A DNA stretch of 63,463 bases, the filler included, from Chiloscyllium plagiosum (Eukaryota): NCBI RefSeq assembly GCF_004010195.1. It is 4 parts of one record of this genome, joined end to end, with 100 filler letters (N's around TTAATTAATTAA, not from the genome) between each part and the next. Parts side by side here need not be neighbours in the genome. Positions count along the whole stretch, not along the records: positions 1 to 15,853 come from NC_057716.1; 3 more parts are not named here. One strand, 5' to 3'. Under the pieces are notes generated by a model. It did not search any database. It saw only the letters and a program-made list of their open reading frames with translations, and was not told where the DNA came from. The position numbers and the translations under genes were made by a program. How positions within the stretch are numbered: the first letter of the stretch is position 1; every line of letters starts with the position of its first letter. Of this stretch, positions 1 through 14,036 are shown piece by piece.

Positions 1-270
1 GGAAAGATATGAAAGAGACCTAAGGGGCAACATTTTCACGCAGAGGGTGGTACATGTATGGAATGAGCTGCCAGAGGAAGTGGTGGAGGCTGATACAATT
101 GCAACATTTAAGAGGCATTTGGATGGGTATATGAATAGGAAGGGTTTGGAGGGATATGGGCTGGGTGCTGGCAGGTGGGACTAGATTGGGTTGGGATATC
201 TGGTCAGCATGGATGGGTTGGACCAAAGGGTCTGTTTCCATGCTGTACGTCTCTATGACTCTATGACTCT
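1..270 (+). mobile_element. CR1 LINE 3' end
   Basis: tggaatgagctgccagaggaagtggtggagg motif and (ctctatga)n tail. Confidence 0.88.
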
Positions 271-1324
271 CAGTGCAGTGCTGTGCCCTATTATAACGCA
301 ATAGTAATTTCTCAAAAGTCGCATTTTGGCTAACCTGCTTCATATAGCTTTAGACTCAGACTCTGAATTGTCCAATTACTTTACAAATTGCATGTTGATT
401 TCGGATCATCGAGCATTTTTCATTATACAATCAATGTAGGCGTTGATACAGGTACATAGTACACACAATATTTAGTATTTGATCTTTGTTCAGAGTCCTA
501 CAGGTTTAGCAATACAAGTGTGAACAAACTTGATATGAGGATGTTGTTTGTTTACAGGACGAGGTCAAAGACCTTGTTTCATGATATTATAGATAAAAGA
601 GCTTATTTAGTATTTGAATCAAGTTCTCGGGTGATGTACTGGATTGTAAGCCTGGCCGTATCAGGTTTGGCTGGACCTTAATGGAGTTGTATTTATATTG
701 CACTAAGTCTGCTGAACCATCATTTTCGATGGCTGCAGTCACCTGCCGACTCTAACTGAAAATTCCCATCCTCATGTTAGCATACCTGCCTTGATCCCAT
801 CCTTCTGTACTTTTGTTAACCTGCTGCACAACGTCAATCCTGTCTGAATTTTCTCTTCCTCCAATTCTCAACTTGCGCATTCCAGCCCTTTGAAACGTTA
901 CCACTGCGTACCGCATCTCCATCTCTCCTTAAAACCCACCCCTTTATTCTGGTCATTCGATCTATTAGATCCTCCTTTTGGATTTAGGTCCATATTTTAT
1001 TTGCTGTCTAAGGCAGTCTTGCACTGTTTCTGCATTCAAGGCTGTATTTAAATGTGAGTTATTGTTAGTCTTGTTCCAAAGGTGTAATAGAGTTTGTTTT
1101 GACTTATTAAGTTAATGAGTTCAAAGACTTTGGAAATTCCAAGGCCCAGCATAAACTATGGTCTGTATTTGTTTTTGAAATTTGAACTTCATTTTCTGTT
1201 TTTAAAGCATCCAGGCTTGCATCCAAAAATTCAAATAACATTCATTGTAAACTTCTACATCGAAGAAGCAAAATACTCAGACTTATCTTTATTTTAATCT
1301 GGGTGCTGACCCAAACAAGCAAAC

Positions 1325-1695
1325 GAAGACTTGTGTTTATATAGTGCCTCTCACAACTTCAGGATGTTGCTGAAGTGCTTAAAGAATGCTACAAGCAAAA
1401 TCACACCAATAGCAATGAAGGAAATGAATAGAAAAAAGTTTTTGTTTCTTTGTGATATTGTCTGTTAACTGTTGGCCAAGATACTGGGGAGAGCAAATCC
1501 TCCTCCTCTTTGAAAAGTGATATCATTGGGATCCTTTAGGTCCACTTGGTGTTTTGTTTAAAATACGGTCTGCCTAACAGTGCAGCACCAGAACTATCAG
1601 CCTGGATTTTGTACTCAAGACTTTGGAGCAGGCCTTGAACCCACAAACTACTGTCTTGGAGATGAGAATGCTACTGATTGAGCCGCAGCTGACCA
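1325..1695 (-). mobile_element. Old Deu-type (SacSINE-like) SINE; similar remnants at ~2500-2740, ~43050-43195 and ~53190-53430
   Basis: Reverse-strand tRNA-like head (gtcagctgcggctcaat..tgtgggttcaag) and ggcactatataaacacaagtctt-type tail. Confidence 0.55.
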
Positions 1696-1729
1696 TTACG
1701 ATGTTTAGCATTCTCCAGACAAAGCTACT

Positions 1730-2045
1730 GTGGGCGGCATGGTGGCACAGCAGTTAGCACTGCTGCCTCACAGCGCCGGAGACCCGGGTTCAATTCCTGC
1801 CTCAGGCGACTGACTGTGTGGAGTTTGCACGTTCTCCCCGTGTCTGCGTGGGTTTCCTCCGGGTGCTCCGGTTTCCTCCCACAGTCCCAAGATGTGCAGG
1901 TCAGGTGAATTGGCCATGCTAAATTGCCTGTAGTGTTAGGTAAGGGGTAAATGTAGGGGTATGGGTGGGTTGCGCTTTGGCGGGGCGGTGTGGACTTGTT
2001 GGGCCGAAGGGCCTGTTTCCACACTAAGTAATCTAATCTAATCTA
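1730..2045 (+). mobile_element. tRNA-derived HE1/V-type SINE, full length
   Basis: A-box tggcacagcagttag, B-box gggttcaattcc, V-domain gtgtggagtttgcacgttctccccgtg, (taatc)n tail. Confidence 0.9.
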
Positions 2046-3621
2046 TTGAGAAATATGTGTGTTTGCCTCCTTAAACTGCATGCTTTAATTTCTTAGGGAC
2101 ACGTCCGCTTGTGTCTTCCCAGAAAACAAGCAGTTAAACTAGCAAAATGATGAATTAATGAACTAATATCACTGCACAATCGCTGTCGTATCCCCTCGTG
2201 ACACTTTGTATGAACATTGCTGGAATTTAGCCAGTTGGAATCCTGCATGCCCCTCTGATATTGACAAGTCTAGAAATATTGAGTATCTAATAAAAAGGGT
2301 AATCAAAAGAAGCTTGGGGCCAATTAGGGATCAACAAAGGGAAAAATCATACACTATAAGAGCCTAATTCAGGAGTTCATGGAGGTGATTTTTTATTTTA
2401 AAAGTTGTCTAGAATCTGGCCAGTCCACAATAACCAGTACACAATGCAGAGCTGTGAATACATAAGCCAAATGGAGTGGTTTGAAATGTCAGGTTGGCTA
2501 TATTTGATAACAATCTTACCTCTGAGCTACAATGTCATTTTGAGTCACATTCCAGAGTCTTGAGCGCACAGCCCAAGCTGACACTATATGTGATATTCTG
2601 AGGAGGTGCTGTATTTCATGCGCAATGTTAAATCAAGGCAGCTTCTGTAAGGTAAACATGAAATAATCCATCATATATTTTAAAGAACAGGGAAATTTTT
2701 CTTTGATGTCTTGGCAGATATTTAGCCTGTTGAAATAGACTCTGTGTGTATTTAAAGCAGGGATGTTAAATTTCTGCTAGATTGATACTTGGACAAACAA
2801 ACTGAAACCAGTTTGTAAACAACAACAGCTAGTTCAACCTTGCACTCATCTTACAGGATTTGGGACTTCAGTATTGTTGAAGGTCATGAGTACAAAGTCG
2901 AGATGATTATATTTAAGTGCAATATGTTTAATTATAAATCCACTGGACCTATCTCTCTCCTTCAGTTCTTCCCAATTCCCCTCAAGCTGTTTGCTCAATG
3001 TTCATGAGTGAAGTTGCTATTGGCCATGGATCATTAAGCTGAATGATATCAGCCCCAAGTAATGAATTACTGTTCTATTCTTTCCAATGTCTCCAGCTCA
3101 ATTCCTACTTGTATTTCCTATTTATATTGGGGGTGAAGGTCCTTGGGGTGAATATTCAGAGAGTTTCTGTTGCAGTGGTACTGACTCTTATCACATTCAT
3201 CCTCTATAGCCGTACCCAGTTCAACCCACCAGGGCTTAGCATCTGTTTAGAAACTAGCAACGTGTTCTTAATCAGCCCCTCATCAGGTACAACAGAGCAG
3301 TGTGAAAATGTAGGGATGTTGCATAAATATAGGTTAGATATAGAGAACTTAGATACTTTACTTCACATGACTTGTTCTCAATTCTTGACAAAGCATATCT
3401 TAATTCTGCAAAGGGCAGACAGAATAAATAGGGAGTAACTTTTCAACAGCAGGAGGGTGCAGATTTAAAAGTATAATTAATTTTTTTTATGGTGGCACTT
3501 TTTTTGTGTTAATGTAACATCTGTAAAGCTCTGTTCTGCAAATAGAATTACGTTCTCCTTTTTTTTCCTCTTGTTTGTTTTAACCCAAAGTTGTCTATTT
3601 TTCTAATTTCTACCTCCCCAG

Positions 3622-3698
3622 TTCTCAGTTCCAACAGAGTGGATCAGATGACCAGGACATACAATGACACCGATATGGTTACGCACCTACTGGCTGAG
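3622..3698 (+). CDS. TRAK2: TRAK2 internal coding exon (77 bp): xLSSNRVDQMTRTYNDTDMVTHLLAE
   Basis: Pyrimidine tract plus AG at 3620-21; donor GTGAGC at 3699. Translation matches the TRAK2 motif RVEQMTKTYNDIDMVTHLLAE as recalled (TRAK1 has DAVTRLLEE). Confidence 0.93.
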
Positions 3699-4585
3699 GT
3701 GAGCTATGCTTTAGCTGCAATAACATTACCTTAAGTAAGTCATTGTAAAGGGAAATGTTTATAAATCAAAAAAGGAGCATTAGCATCTGCTATGCCAGTA
3801 GTGTCCTATAGTATGTAGCGCTGAAACTGAGACACAGACTGGTGTAAATTTGACACCTCATCTCTTTTACAATCAATATTTGAAATTTTCACAGTTAGAA
3901 TCATTCTGCAGTGGAAGCAATTTAGCTTATTGTAGTTACAATGGCTTTTTGAAAACCTACTCCCAATCAGTCATCTTTGCTCCTCTTCCATCATTCTGTA
4001 GATTTATCTCCATCAAATTTATATCCATTTCCTTTTTGAAAAATACTTTTGAATCATCTTCCAGGCAGTGGGTTACAGGTTATCATAATTAACTGAGTAA
4101 TAAGTAATTATCTTCTCTCTTCTGAGTCTTCAGCCAATTACCTTAAATATGTGGTCTCAAATTATGGGCCCTGCTGCCAGTAGAAATGGTTTCTCCCTTT
4201 ATCTCTATCATAATCTCTTTCTAAATACTCCCTCTAAGTTTATTCCCTGAGTTTGAACATCTTTTCCTAGTTGAAAAGATGCCTGTACTTCTCTTCATGT
4301 TGCGTTCTTACTCGCACCTTCAACTGATTATTTGAACATCACAGAGATTGTGATAATCAAGTAAACTTCCAGTATTTGAGGTTTACAATTTTTGCCAGTT
4401 AAGTCAAGAGTGCCAGTTCATAAGATGCTGGTTATAACAAAGTTTGCTGTATTTGTTGGGATAGATGGTAGATTTGTGGAGTTGAAGAAATGAATTGAAT
4501 GTGCAAACATAAGAATGTGATGCTTCAAGATATGAACTCATTACACCTATGAAAATGTCATTTTGCATTTGTTTTTATTTGGCAG

Positions 4586-4702
4586 AGAGATCGCGATTTG
4601 GAATTGGCTGCCCGAATAGGTCAGTCCTTATTGCATAGGAACCGGGTATTGACGGAGAGAAATGAGCTCTTGGAAGAACAGTTGGTTCAGGCTTACGATC
4701 AA
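4586..4702 (+). CDS. TRAK2: TRAK2 coding exon (117 bp): RDRDLELAARIGQSLLHRNRVLTERNELLEEQLVQAYDQ
   Basis: tttggcAG acceptor, GTGAGT donor, phase 0/0; contains the HAP1-N signature RDLELAARIGQ. Confidence 0.96.
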
Positions 4703-6774
4703 GTGAGTGGTCACTTTCAAATCACTTAAGTGTGCTTAAGTGTGAAATCAAACACCATTATTTCACCTTTAGGGAAGGAAATGTGTTCTTTTTTCAACCT
4801 AGCCCACAAGTGACTCTAGTCCAATGCTAATGCCCTTTGAAGTGGTTTAGCATGCCCCTCAGTCGAAAGGGCAATGCCAGTCTTTCAGCTCCACATCCCA
4901 GAATTAATAGATAAAACAATAAAAATCTCACGTTTTAAAAAAGAACTGAATCAAATGCTTGAGTAGACTTTATAACGTGGTATTAATTTAAACATATAGC
5001 CTTTGAAGTCAGAAAGTTTTCATTTGAGTCCAGAATGATTCTTCGGGTCACAAGAGGAATCATATTGATCTCATAACGTTAATTCTATTTCTCTTCACAG
5101 ATGCCACCAGAGCTGTTCAGTTTCTCCAGTACATTGTTTTTATTTCAAATCTTCACACCTAAAATACTGTACTTCTTTCCTTTTGAAATCCATTGTTTTG
5201 ATGGCAGAAAGGGTGTTGGTAGCTCTGGTATAGACTGCTCTGGATATCTGCTCCCAAGTTTTTCCAATTGATGTTGGAATATTAATGTACATCCTGTGGG
5301 AAATCAGCATCTCCCAGTTTGTGGATGCTGCAATGCAGTGCAGCATTCCTGCAGAGGAAATGCATTCACAGCATGCAGTGGTTGTTCAGGGAGCAAAAAA
5401 ATCATTAACAGCTGCAGTCAGTGGCTTGCATTAAATATGATTTGGAGATGCCGGTGTTGGACTGGGGTGTACAAAGTTACAAATCTCACAACACCAGGTT
5501 ATAGTCCAACAGGTTTAATTAGAAGCACACTAGCTTTCGGAGCTCTACTCCTTCATCAACCTGATACGCTCTTCATATGTTTTGTTTATGTTTTTGAAAC
5601 ATGGTTAAAGTGCCTAGTTTTGTTCACAAAGCAGCTGGTATTTACTGATTTGCAGTAGCTCCCAGTCCAAGACAGTCTTGAATTTTTAAAATTCTCATTT
5701 TGATTGTTAGCATACTACTATGGCCTTAGTTTTGTCTGTTTCTGTAATCTTGGCAATTCTTCTGTGAGATCTCTGTATTCATCCAATTCTGGACTTCTGC
5801 ACGTTCCTGATTTTCATTATCCTCCTGCCTACCCCCTGGTGTTTATAGGAGTGCCTTCACCTTTCTCGGCCCCAATGTCTGGTAGTCCCTCTCTAAATAT
5901 CTCTCGCTCCTCCGTTTAAAATGTTCTTTAAAACTGATCTTGGGTTACATATCCTAGTATCCCCTTCATTGGATTGTTGTCAGTTTATGTTTGATTCGGT
6001 GATTTTAGATGCTTGGCTGCTTTAAAGATGCTAGTCGAACAAAAACAGAAATTCTGGAAGTACTCAGTGGTGAGGCAGTATCTATGCCGAGAAAAACAGA
6101 GCTATTGTTACAAATCGAAAGCCCCTGGTTGTGAAGAAAGATTATTGATCTAAAACAGTAATTCTTCTTCTCTCCACTGCCTCCGATGCTGCCTAACCTG
6201 CTTGCATCCGATCAGCATTTCCTTAGTTTTGTTTTAGTCCAAATTTGCAGTATTTTGCTACTGTACTAGAATTGTTCATTTTGTGCATTACACACAAACT
6301 TTCAACTTCTTTAAGTCAAGTAAACATACAAGTGCCACTACACATTGTTTGAAGGTAGGTGATGGCATGTACTTTTTCTTCAGCATCCATAACATCCAAG
6401 TGTGCCTGACCTTTTACACAGGTATAATGTGAGGCATGAATGTCAAACTATAAAGGGGTGAAGATGTAAGAAGGAGTGACTTAAAGCTTTGTAAAAGAGG
6501 CTATTTTTGGATTCCAGGTAATCCAAGATGGAGGACGGGAAAAAATTGTGACTTTTTAATTGAGATATTTTCGGTGTTGGAGCTGATTTCCTGATTCTTG
6601 AAGCAGTAATTACTATTTTGTAAGCTGTTGCATTGTTTTGGAACTTGTGTGGGAAAAAGATGAAAATGACATTTCTTTTAAAAAAAGAGGAAGAGAGAGG
6701 GAGGGCGGGTACTACACGGGAGGTGGGAAAAACCAAGCAGTGAACTTAGACAGCTGACTCCCTCTTGCTGTTAG

Positions 6775-7232
6775 TTTCCCCAAGATAGGGAAGTTCAGAA
6801 CTAGAGGGCATAGGTTTAAGGTGAGAGGGGTAGGATTTTAAAGGGATTAGATTAGATTAGATTATTTACAGTGTGGAAACAGGCCCTTCGGCCCAACAAG
6901 TCCACACCGCCCCGCCGAAGTGCAACCCACCCATACCCCTACATTTACCCCTTACCTAACACTACGGGCAATTTAGCATGGCCAATTCACCTGACCTAAG
7001 GGGCAATATTTTCAGAGGTGGTGTGTGTATGGAATTAGCTGCCAGAGGAAGTGGTGGAGGATGATACAATTACAATATTTAAAAGGCATCTGGATGGGTA
7101 TATGAATAGGAAGGGTTTAGAGGGATATGGGCCAAATGCTGGCAAATGGGACTAGATCAGTTTAGGATATCTGGTCGACATGGATGAGTTGGGCTGAAGG
7201 GTCTGTTTCCATGCTGTACATCTCTGTGACTG
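6775..7232 (+). mobile_element. CR1 3' end interrupted by an inverted SINE 3' fragment (~6846-6996)
   Basis: CR1 aaggga|cctaagggg split by (gatta)n plus SINE sequence. Confidence 0.8.
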
Positions 7233-7570
7233 AGTTGAACAGATGATGGGAATGTGGGATCTGGTTGTTGAAAACACAGAATTTGTAGTGTACCTTTCCA
7301 AAGCAAATTATCTCCAATGAAATACTCTTTTGGTGAAGTCACAATCATAATTTGTGAAACTCAGCAGCCAATTTGCATTGAGCAAGGTACCACAGACAGC
7401 AATGTGATAATGATCCAGCAACCTGTTTTAGGTGAAGAGCAGCTCTGAAAGCAGAATACTGGGAACAATTCCCCAACTCTCTTCCTCTACCGATGAATGT
7501 TGCCCTTCAGATTCACTGGTATTCTGTATTTTCCAATTATCCGTCATTTAGATCATGTTCTTTCTGTTAG

Positions 7571-7780
7571 GTTAACCAACTGCAGCATGAGCTGACCAAG
7601 AAGGATGACCTCCTGCGAGTGGTGGCAAATGCTTCAGAGGAGAGTGAATCTGACTCCAGCTGCTCTACACCACTCCGCCAAAATGAGTCATTTCACCTGT
7701 CGCACAGCTTGATGCAACTGGATGCTTTGCAGATTAAACTGCGAGAACTGGAGGATGAAAACCTCTCTCTTCGGTCTGAG
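7571..7780 (+). CDS. TRAK2: TRAK2 coding exon (210 bp): VNQLQHELTKKDDLLRVVANASEESESDSSCSTPLRQNESF...LRELEDENLSLRSE
   Basis: tttctgttAG acceptor, GTTGGT donor, in frame with the previous exon; TRAK2-type ASEESExDSSCSTPLRxNESF. Confidence 0.96.
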
Positions 7781-8309
7781 GTTGGTGTTGTGACAGAACC
7801 CTGAATTTAGAATAACACAGGTATACCATACACCAGACGCATCATAAGCCTAGTTGTATATTTCTGTTTTGCTTGTGAGAGACATTTGACATGCAAGTGA
7901 TCATATTAGAAGGATATGCTGGTCGGTTTAGAAAGATATGCAGGTAGGGTGGGTAGGAGGCTCGTGCAGCACACCAATTGCCCTGAATGGCTTTTTCCTA
8001 ACATTGTGTAATTCTGTGTATTTCATTGGGCTGGTATCATTCTGGTAACCATATGTGATTTACACTTTTTAAACTCCAAGCTACCAACTAAAATCAAATT
8101 TGTCTATTTGAATACAATCCTAAAACAACTGCAGTGTAAAGAAGGCCATTCGGTCTGTGTAGACTGTCTTAGAAGCTACACTGGTTTGCAAGTGGTAGAT
8201 GTCTGCATTCACGTCTGAGACAAGTGAGCACAGAGGAAGGAGTCTTGAGTGGACCGGTGCTGTGTGTGTTGATGTGAAATTGCCAAGGCACCCTGGCTTG
8301 GACAGCGTC

Positions 8310-8662
8310 GAATCATGGAATCTCTACAGTTTGGAAAGCAGGCCATTTGGCCCATCAAGTCACTCCGAAGAGCATCCAATCCAGACTGACCTCCCTATCC
8401 TATCCCTGTAACCTACATTTCCCATGGCTAACCCACCTAGCCTGCACATCCCTGGACATTATGGGCAATTTAGTACGGCCAATCTACCTAACGTGCACAT
8501 CTTTGGACAGTAGGAGGAAACCTGAGCACCTGGAAGAAACCCATGCAAACACAAGTGGAATGTGTAAACTCTACACAGACAGTTGCCTGAGGCTGGAATC
8601 AAACCCAGATCCCTGGCATTGAGAGGCAGCAGTGCTAATTACTGAGCCGCTGTGCTGCTCTG
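8310..8662 (-). mobile_element. HE1/V-type SINE
   Basis: Reverse complement of the 1730 element family. Confidence 0.85.
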
Positions 8663-9299
8663 TCAATTTATTTGGCATTTATTTGACACACATAGGATTT
8701 AAACTTTTATATTTTCATCAACATTTTAGCTCGTACCTTATATAGAGTTATCTCAAGATTGTTTACTAGCAAAGTGCATTTGCAGTAACAGACAAGCCCT
8801 AATTTAGTTTTGTATTTGCATTTTTTTTCCTCATATAAAGTAATGGAAAACATGAGACTGCACCAATTCCAAACAGGTCATTTGACTATGATGTTCCATG
8901 GAAAGAAAGTGTGCATGTCTGTAGTGCCTTTCATCAGGAAAAGGCAAAGTGGTCCATACTCAATAGAGTGTTTTTTAAAATTCTGTCACAGGCAAGGTCT
9001 GTGTTCCCTAGAGTTTAGAAGTAATCTCAAAATGATAGATGCTAAGAAGCATTTTGCTCTGACTGAAGAGTATAAAACGTGGGGATCATTTTAGAATAAG
9101 GGATTGACCATTTAAGACTGAAATGAGAGTAAATCTCTTTATTTGAAAGAGTTATGGCGTTTGCTACCACAGAGGACCATGGACACATTTCAAGACAGAG
9201 ATGGAGAATCTTTGGATACTAGAAAAATCAAGGAATTAAGGGTTAATTAGAGAAGATGAGGTGGAAGATCAGCTTTAGTTGAACCTTTTACTTGGCCTT

Positions 9300-9970
9300 A
9301 ACGAGGTGTGGGCTTCGCTCCTTTGACTGGTATTTATTGCCCATCCATAGTTGCCCTTGAGAAGGTGGTGGTGTGCCAGGCCTTGAACTGCAGTCCATGG
9401 GATGTAGGTATACCTGCAGTGCAGTCAGGAAGGCAATCCCAGAATTTTGATGTAGCAACTGTAAAAGAACAGTGATACAGTTTCACATTCCAAGGTGTGT
9501 GGCTTAAAAAGAAGTTGCTGGTAGTGCTCCCAATCATATATTGCTCCTGTCCTCCTTGATGTTGGAGGTTATGGGTTTGGAAGGTACTGTTGAAGGAGGT
9601 TTGGTGAGTTACTGCAGTGCATTTTATAGGTGGTATACACTGCCACCACTCTGCCTTTCTGGTGGAAGGAGTGAACTGTTAAGGTGGTGGATTGGATGCT
9701 ACTTGTTTTGCCAAGCTGCTTTAATGTTTTTGGAGCTACGCTCGTCCAGGTAAGCAGAGAGTTCAACACACTCTTGAATTGTGCATTATAGATGGTAGAC
9801 AGGTTTTTGAGAACCAGAAGGTAAGTTACTTGTTGTAGAATTCCCAGCTTCTGATCTGCTGTTGAAGCTGCAATATTTATATGGCTGGTCTAGTTTCTGC
9901 TCATCAGTAAAGTCTAGAGTATTGGTAATGGGAGAATTCAGCAATGACAATGCCATTGAATATCAAGGAG
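9300..9970 (-). mobile_element. Old CR1/L2-group LINE 3' fragment (related copy at ~32530-33070 on +)
   Basis: Shared TxYKMHCxNSP frame and caagggcaactxxggaxgggcaataaat end. Confidence 0.65.
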
Positions 9971-10841
9971 ATAATCAGCTGATCGGTTGTCGTTTGGCTT
10001 TCATTAGCCCAGTCTTGGATATTGACCAGGTCGAGAGTCTCAAACGATGCTGAGTTGTATTGAACTGTGGAGCAGGGTCGAAGGGCTGAATGAATTATTC
10101 CTTTTTCAAATCTATTGTTCTTATGAGGAGAGTTTACCTTTTGTTCAGCATCTTTTTATGGATTCAACGTTCTATCTGGGGAACTCGAAGCAGAGTTGGG
10201 ACCTTGTGTCCCATCTTTGCACACAGTAGTTTTGTTTTCCTTTCACCCAATACTAAAACCTAAATACTGCAACAACACCCGAAAATGGTGCTTTTATATA
10301 AACATTAACATCAGTGAAACATTGCAGAAGTAAAAAAAATGAAGAAAACTGGTTTGATCACATTGGCAACTGATTGGGTAGTATGAACTGGTTTGGTGTT
10401 GCGCTGAAAATATCTATGACTACTTAACTTTTGGATTTCTGCCCGTGAACCAAATTATATACTATTGCTGAATAAACAATTTTCAAAGAGTTCCATAAGG
10501 CTACCACAATCAAGGTTTGGACAATTTAAACTTGCTGTTCAGAATTAAATTAAACTTTCAGAACTGTGTGGGCCCAGAGGTAATATGACCTTGGTGAAAA
10601 GAGTCACTATGTAGGACAGCTGCAATTGGTAATATTAATGCTAAGTAGCGTGACCAAGTCTAGGCATTTAGGCACTAGATAGCACCAATGCTGCTAATCT
10701 AACTTGCACCAGTTAACTCAACCTAGGCTAGTGGTATGGGATTCTGGGAGCATACAACCTGGATTAGCACCCTGAGGTTGTACAAAGAGCCACCTTGATT
10801 AGCAGCACATTGCTCATGAGTATGACCAAGAACAGTGGTGC

Positions 10842-11198
10842 ATAGAATCCCTCTAGTGTGGAAGCAAGCCACTCGGCCCATTGAGTCCACACCGACCCTT
10901 CGAAGAGCATCCCACCCAGATTCACCTCCCTACCCTATTCTTGTAACCATGCATTTCCTATGGTTCATCTATCTAGCCTGCACATCCCTGGACAATATAG
11001 GCAATTTAGCATGGCCAATCCACATAACCAACGATGCACATCTTTGGACTGTGGGAGGAAACTGAAACATCCGCAGGAAACCAACACAGACGCAGGCGAA
11101 TGTGCAAACTCCACAGACAGCCCCCAAGAGTAGAATTGAACCGGGTGCCTGGTGCTTTGAGGCAGCAGTGCTAACCACTGAGCCACCGTGTCACCCAA
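10842..11198 (-). mobile_element. HE1/V-type SINE
   Basis: Reverse-complement head gcagcagtgctaaccactgagccaccgtg and V-domain. Confidence 0.85.
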
Positions 11199-12150
11199 TG
11201 TAGATGCCTGGAATTGTCACCGAGATTAGCAGCAGGTCACTTGTTAGTGTGAATCAAATATCACTTTTCTCTTTGGATTTTCTTGGTGCCAGTCTCTGAG
11301 TTCTCCACTGAAATTCCTTAACAGCAGAGCTGATAGTGGCTGAGGTCCTGTTCAAGGTTAATGACTGTTCGATATTGCACCTATAATTTTCATTCCTGGA
11401 ACTGAGATTTTAAAACTTATCATAAAACTATTGTTTAATTTGCAATGTTGTTAATGAATATTTACACTTAATCCTTAACATGCTCAGTCACAGTGCCAAA
11501 TACTAGGTCTGTTACCTTGAAATTAGCTGCACACAGAGATATAACACATCCCTTAAAGGATCAGATTAAGGTTTATGACAGGTGGGACAAAATGACGCAC
11601 CAGTTAATGTGTTGACCCTGGTTTAAACTTAGTCTAATCTACTATAATAAAAGTACCCTCTCTGATAATACAACTGATATGGAACATACTTGGAAAATTC
11701 TGCCTGTTTTTAAAGCATGAGTGTTTCAGGAATAAAACTGCCACAGTTTGTCTGTTCCATTTATGTCCTGATGATGGTTAGAGAGGAAAATGGCACATTC
11801 ACATCAGTTTGTTAGGTGGGAATTTGATTTCAGCAGGTAGACAGTGAAAGAGTGTGTTATTGGAATAATATAGGAGCTGTACCTGCAACCAAGGGCCTGG
11901 TGTCAACCCTATTCTAAGTTTCATGCAAATAAATATATTTCTGTTTACAGTTGAGCATCTGTTTAATTCTGTGCTATCTTTCTGACATCAATATTGAACT
12001 GTAAGCATGCGAGTGCCACCAGTCCCTTATAAACATTGGGAGCTGTCGGAGGACCTGATGCTGGAAAGTACCAACTGCAGTATGCTATGAAGAAATAATT
12101 TGTCTATGTCCTTACTTTGTCTGATTGCTGTCTGTTTCTTCGTTCCAAAG

Positions 12151-12229
12151 GCTTGTCACCTGAAGACAGAAACGATCAACTATGAAGAGAAGGAACAGCA
12201 GTTGGTCAATGACTGCGTGAAGGAGTTAA
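12151..12229 (+). CDS. TRAK2: TRAK2 coding exon (79 bp): ACHLKTETINYEEKEQQLVNDCVKEL
   Basis: ttccaaAG acceptor, GTAAGT donor, phase 0/1; conserved YEEKEQQLVxDCVKEL. Confidence 0.96.
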
Positions 12230-13905
12230 GTAAGTACAATTAAAGGAAAAGGGAGACTTGCATTTATGTAATGACTAAGAATTCAATCGAGGTTAGAAAC
12301 ACTATTTCTGACCGTGATCAGACATTTAAAAAAAAAATACAAATACATTTAGATGACTTTGGAATGTCCTAGATGGGCACTTCTAGTTATGAAACAGGAG
12401 AGACTGTCCAGAAATCCTTGCAGCTAGCAGGGGAGAAAATCAGAGTTGAAAGCTCTTTTGCAGCAGTAAAATGTGGTGTTCTGCAATTTTAAACATTCAG
12501 TACAGCCAGCAACTACTGTTAAAGGCCAAGCATATGAGAGAGTTGGGGTAGAATGCCACATGGCTGAAAGGGGTTGATTGTCAGGAAATAAAAGCATGTC
12601 CAGGGTAGGTCAAGAGATCTGATTCAGGCTGAGAGTAGGGACTTGGGGTTGAGAATTGCTGCAGGATCTGGAAGAATGGCAGCATGTCAAGGTGGGAGTG
12701 CGTCTCGTCGGATTGAGGACGTGTCTGACTATGGCAGTGCAGCGGTGAGATGTTGAGTTGGTAGGGGTCAGTGATGAGTCAAGTTTCAGTTTAATAGATA
12801 GCCAAATTTTTAATACTCTAACTTTTCCTGGTAATTACTAAGCTGAAGTAAGTCTGGACTATCTGATGTTTCCCACTTTCTTAGTGGGTTACAGACATGG
12901 GAATATCCTGTCGGAATTTTCAATTTCATGGGCATTTTCAATGGAGTCAGTGACATAGGAATTTCTGTATGGGTTCAATGTTCAACTACACTCGATACTG
13001 CTGCAATGAATATCTTGTCATTGGAATAGTTGGTCAGTGACTTTCACAATCTGATGTTAGAATGACAGCCAGTGAAGTGCTTTAGACTAGTCACCACTGT
13101 TATACTCGCCCATTTTTCTTTAAAATTATGCTACGAGATCTTTTACATCCAACCTGTTCTTGTAGATGAATGTAAGAGGATTTTCAAAACTTAGCACTAG
13201 TCTCTCAGTTGGATATGTAGGAAATCTGTCAATCATTTGATTTGAATTAAGTTATCCACAATCTTCTCTTATTGAAGCAACTTTTCAGGTATTAATTCTT
13301 AAACTTTCCCAATTTTACATTTAAGGTATCACTTGATAGGTGCCTTCTCTGTCTTGGCAGTCCACACTAAAGTTCCAGCTAGAATTTTGTTAAGAGTTAA
13401 ATTGAATACCAGAGGATGTTTGCAGTCTGTACTCCAGACTGTCATGTCCAACTGAAAATCATGCCTTCTGTGTAAAAGAATTGTCTGTCATTTTATTGCA
13501 GCAAATTCTGAATCTGCAACCATGATTTTTAAATCTGGTGATGTTAGTCTTTAAAGCCATACAGAAAGATTGTAAATCTTTAACCTCTCTCTGGGAGTTC
13601 ATGTCCTGTGGTAAAGCACCGGTCAGTGCAGTGCTTAGTCATATAGATCACAAGGTCCTTTGGTTCAGTTCTTTTTGTATGTTGTATCATTTTGTCCTTC
13701 ATCTGGTGGTGTTCTGTAATGCCTTCTGTGTTTGCCCTTTTAAGGCAGATTTGGGAGGTTCTGTTGGAAGAAGCCCAGTATCTGCAGTACCTCACGGAAT
13801 TCGTGTTGATTGGAATGATCTGTCACATTCACGCATTCACTATCACTTTGTCTTCTTAACTTACCTCATCCTGCCATTTCCCTTTTTGTTTTTTCTTTTC
13901 TGAAG

Positions 13906-14036
13906 AAGAAACAAATATCCAGATTTCCAACCTGGCAGACGAACTCTCCAGAAAAAATGATGACATCGCACGTCACCAGGAGGAGATCACCAACTTGCTC
14001 AGTCAAATTGTGGAGCTGCAGCTTAAAGTCAAAGAG
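13906..14036 (+). CDS. TRAK2: TRAK2 coding exon (131 bp): KETNIQISNLADELSRKNDDIARHQEEITNLLSQIVELQLKVKE
   Basis: Long polypyrimidine tract then tgaAG; phase 1 start fits the previous exon; ends at a non-canonical GCAAGT donor that keeps frame with the next exon; conserved QEEITxLLSQIVxLQ. Confidence 0.92.

Noticed and set aside
1730..1810. tRNA gene (also ~49790-49860)
   Set aside because: A/B boxes belong to SINE heads; no complete cloverleaf.
3043..3438. 131-aa hydrophobic ORF and other short ORFs in TRAK2 introns
   Set aside because: No recognisable homology or splice context; consistent with chance ORFs in AT-rich intron.
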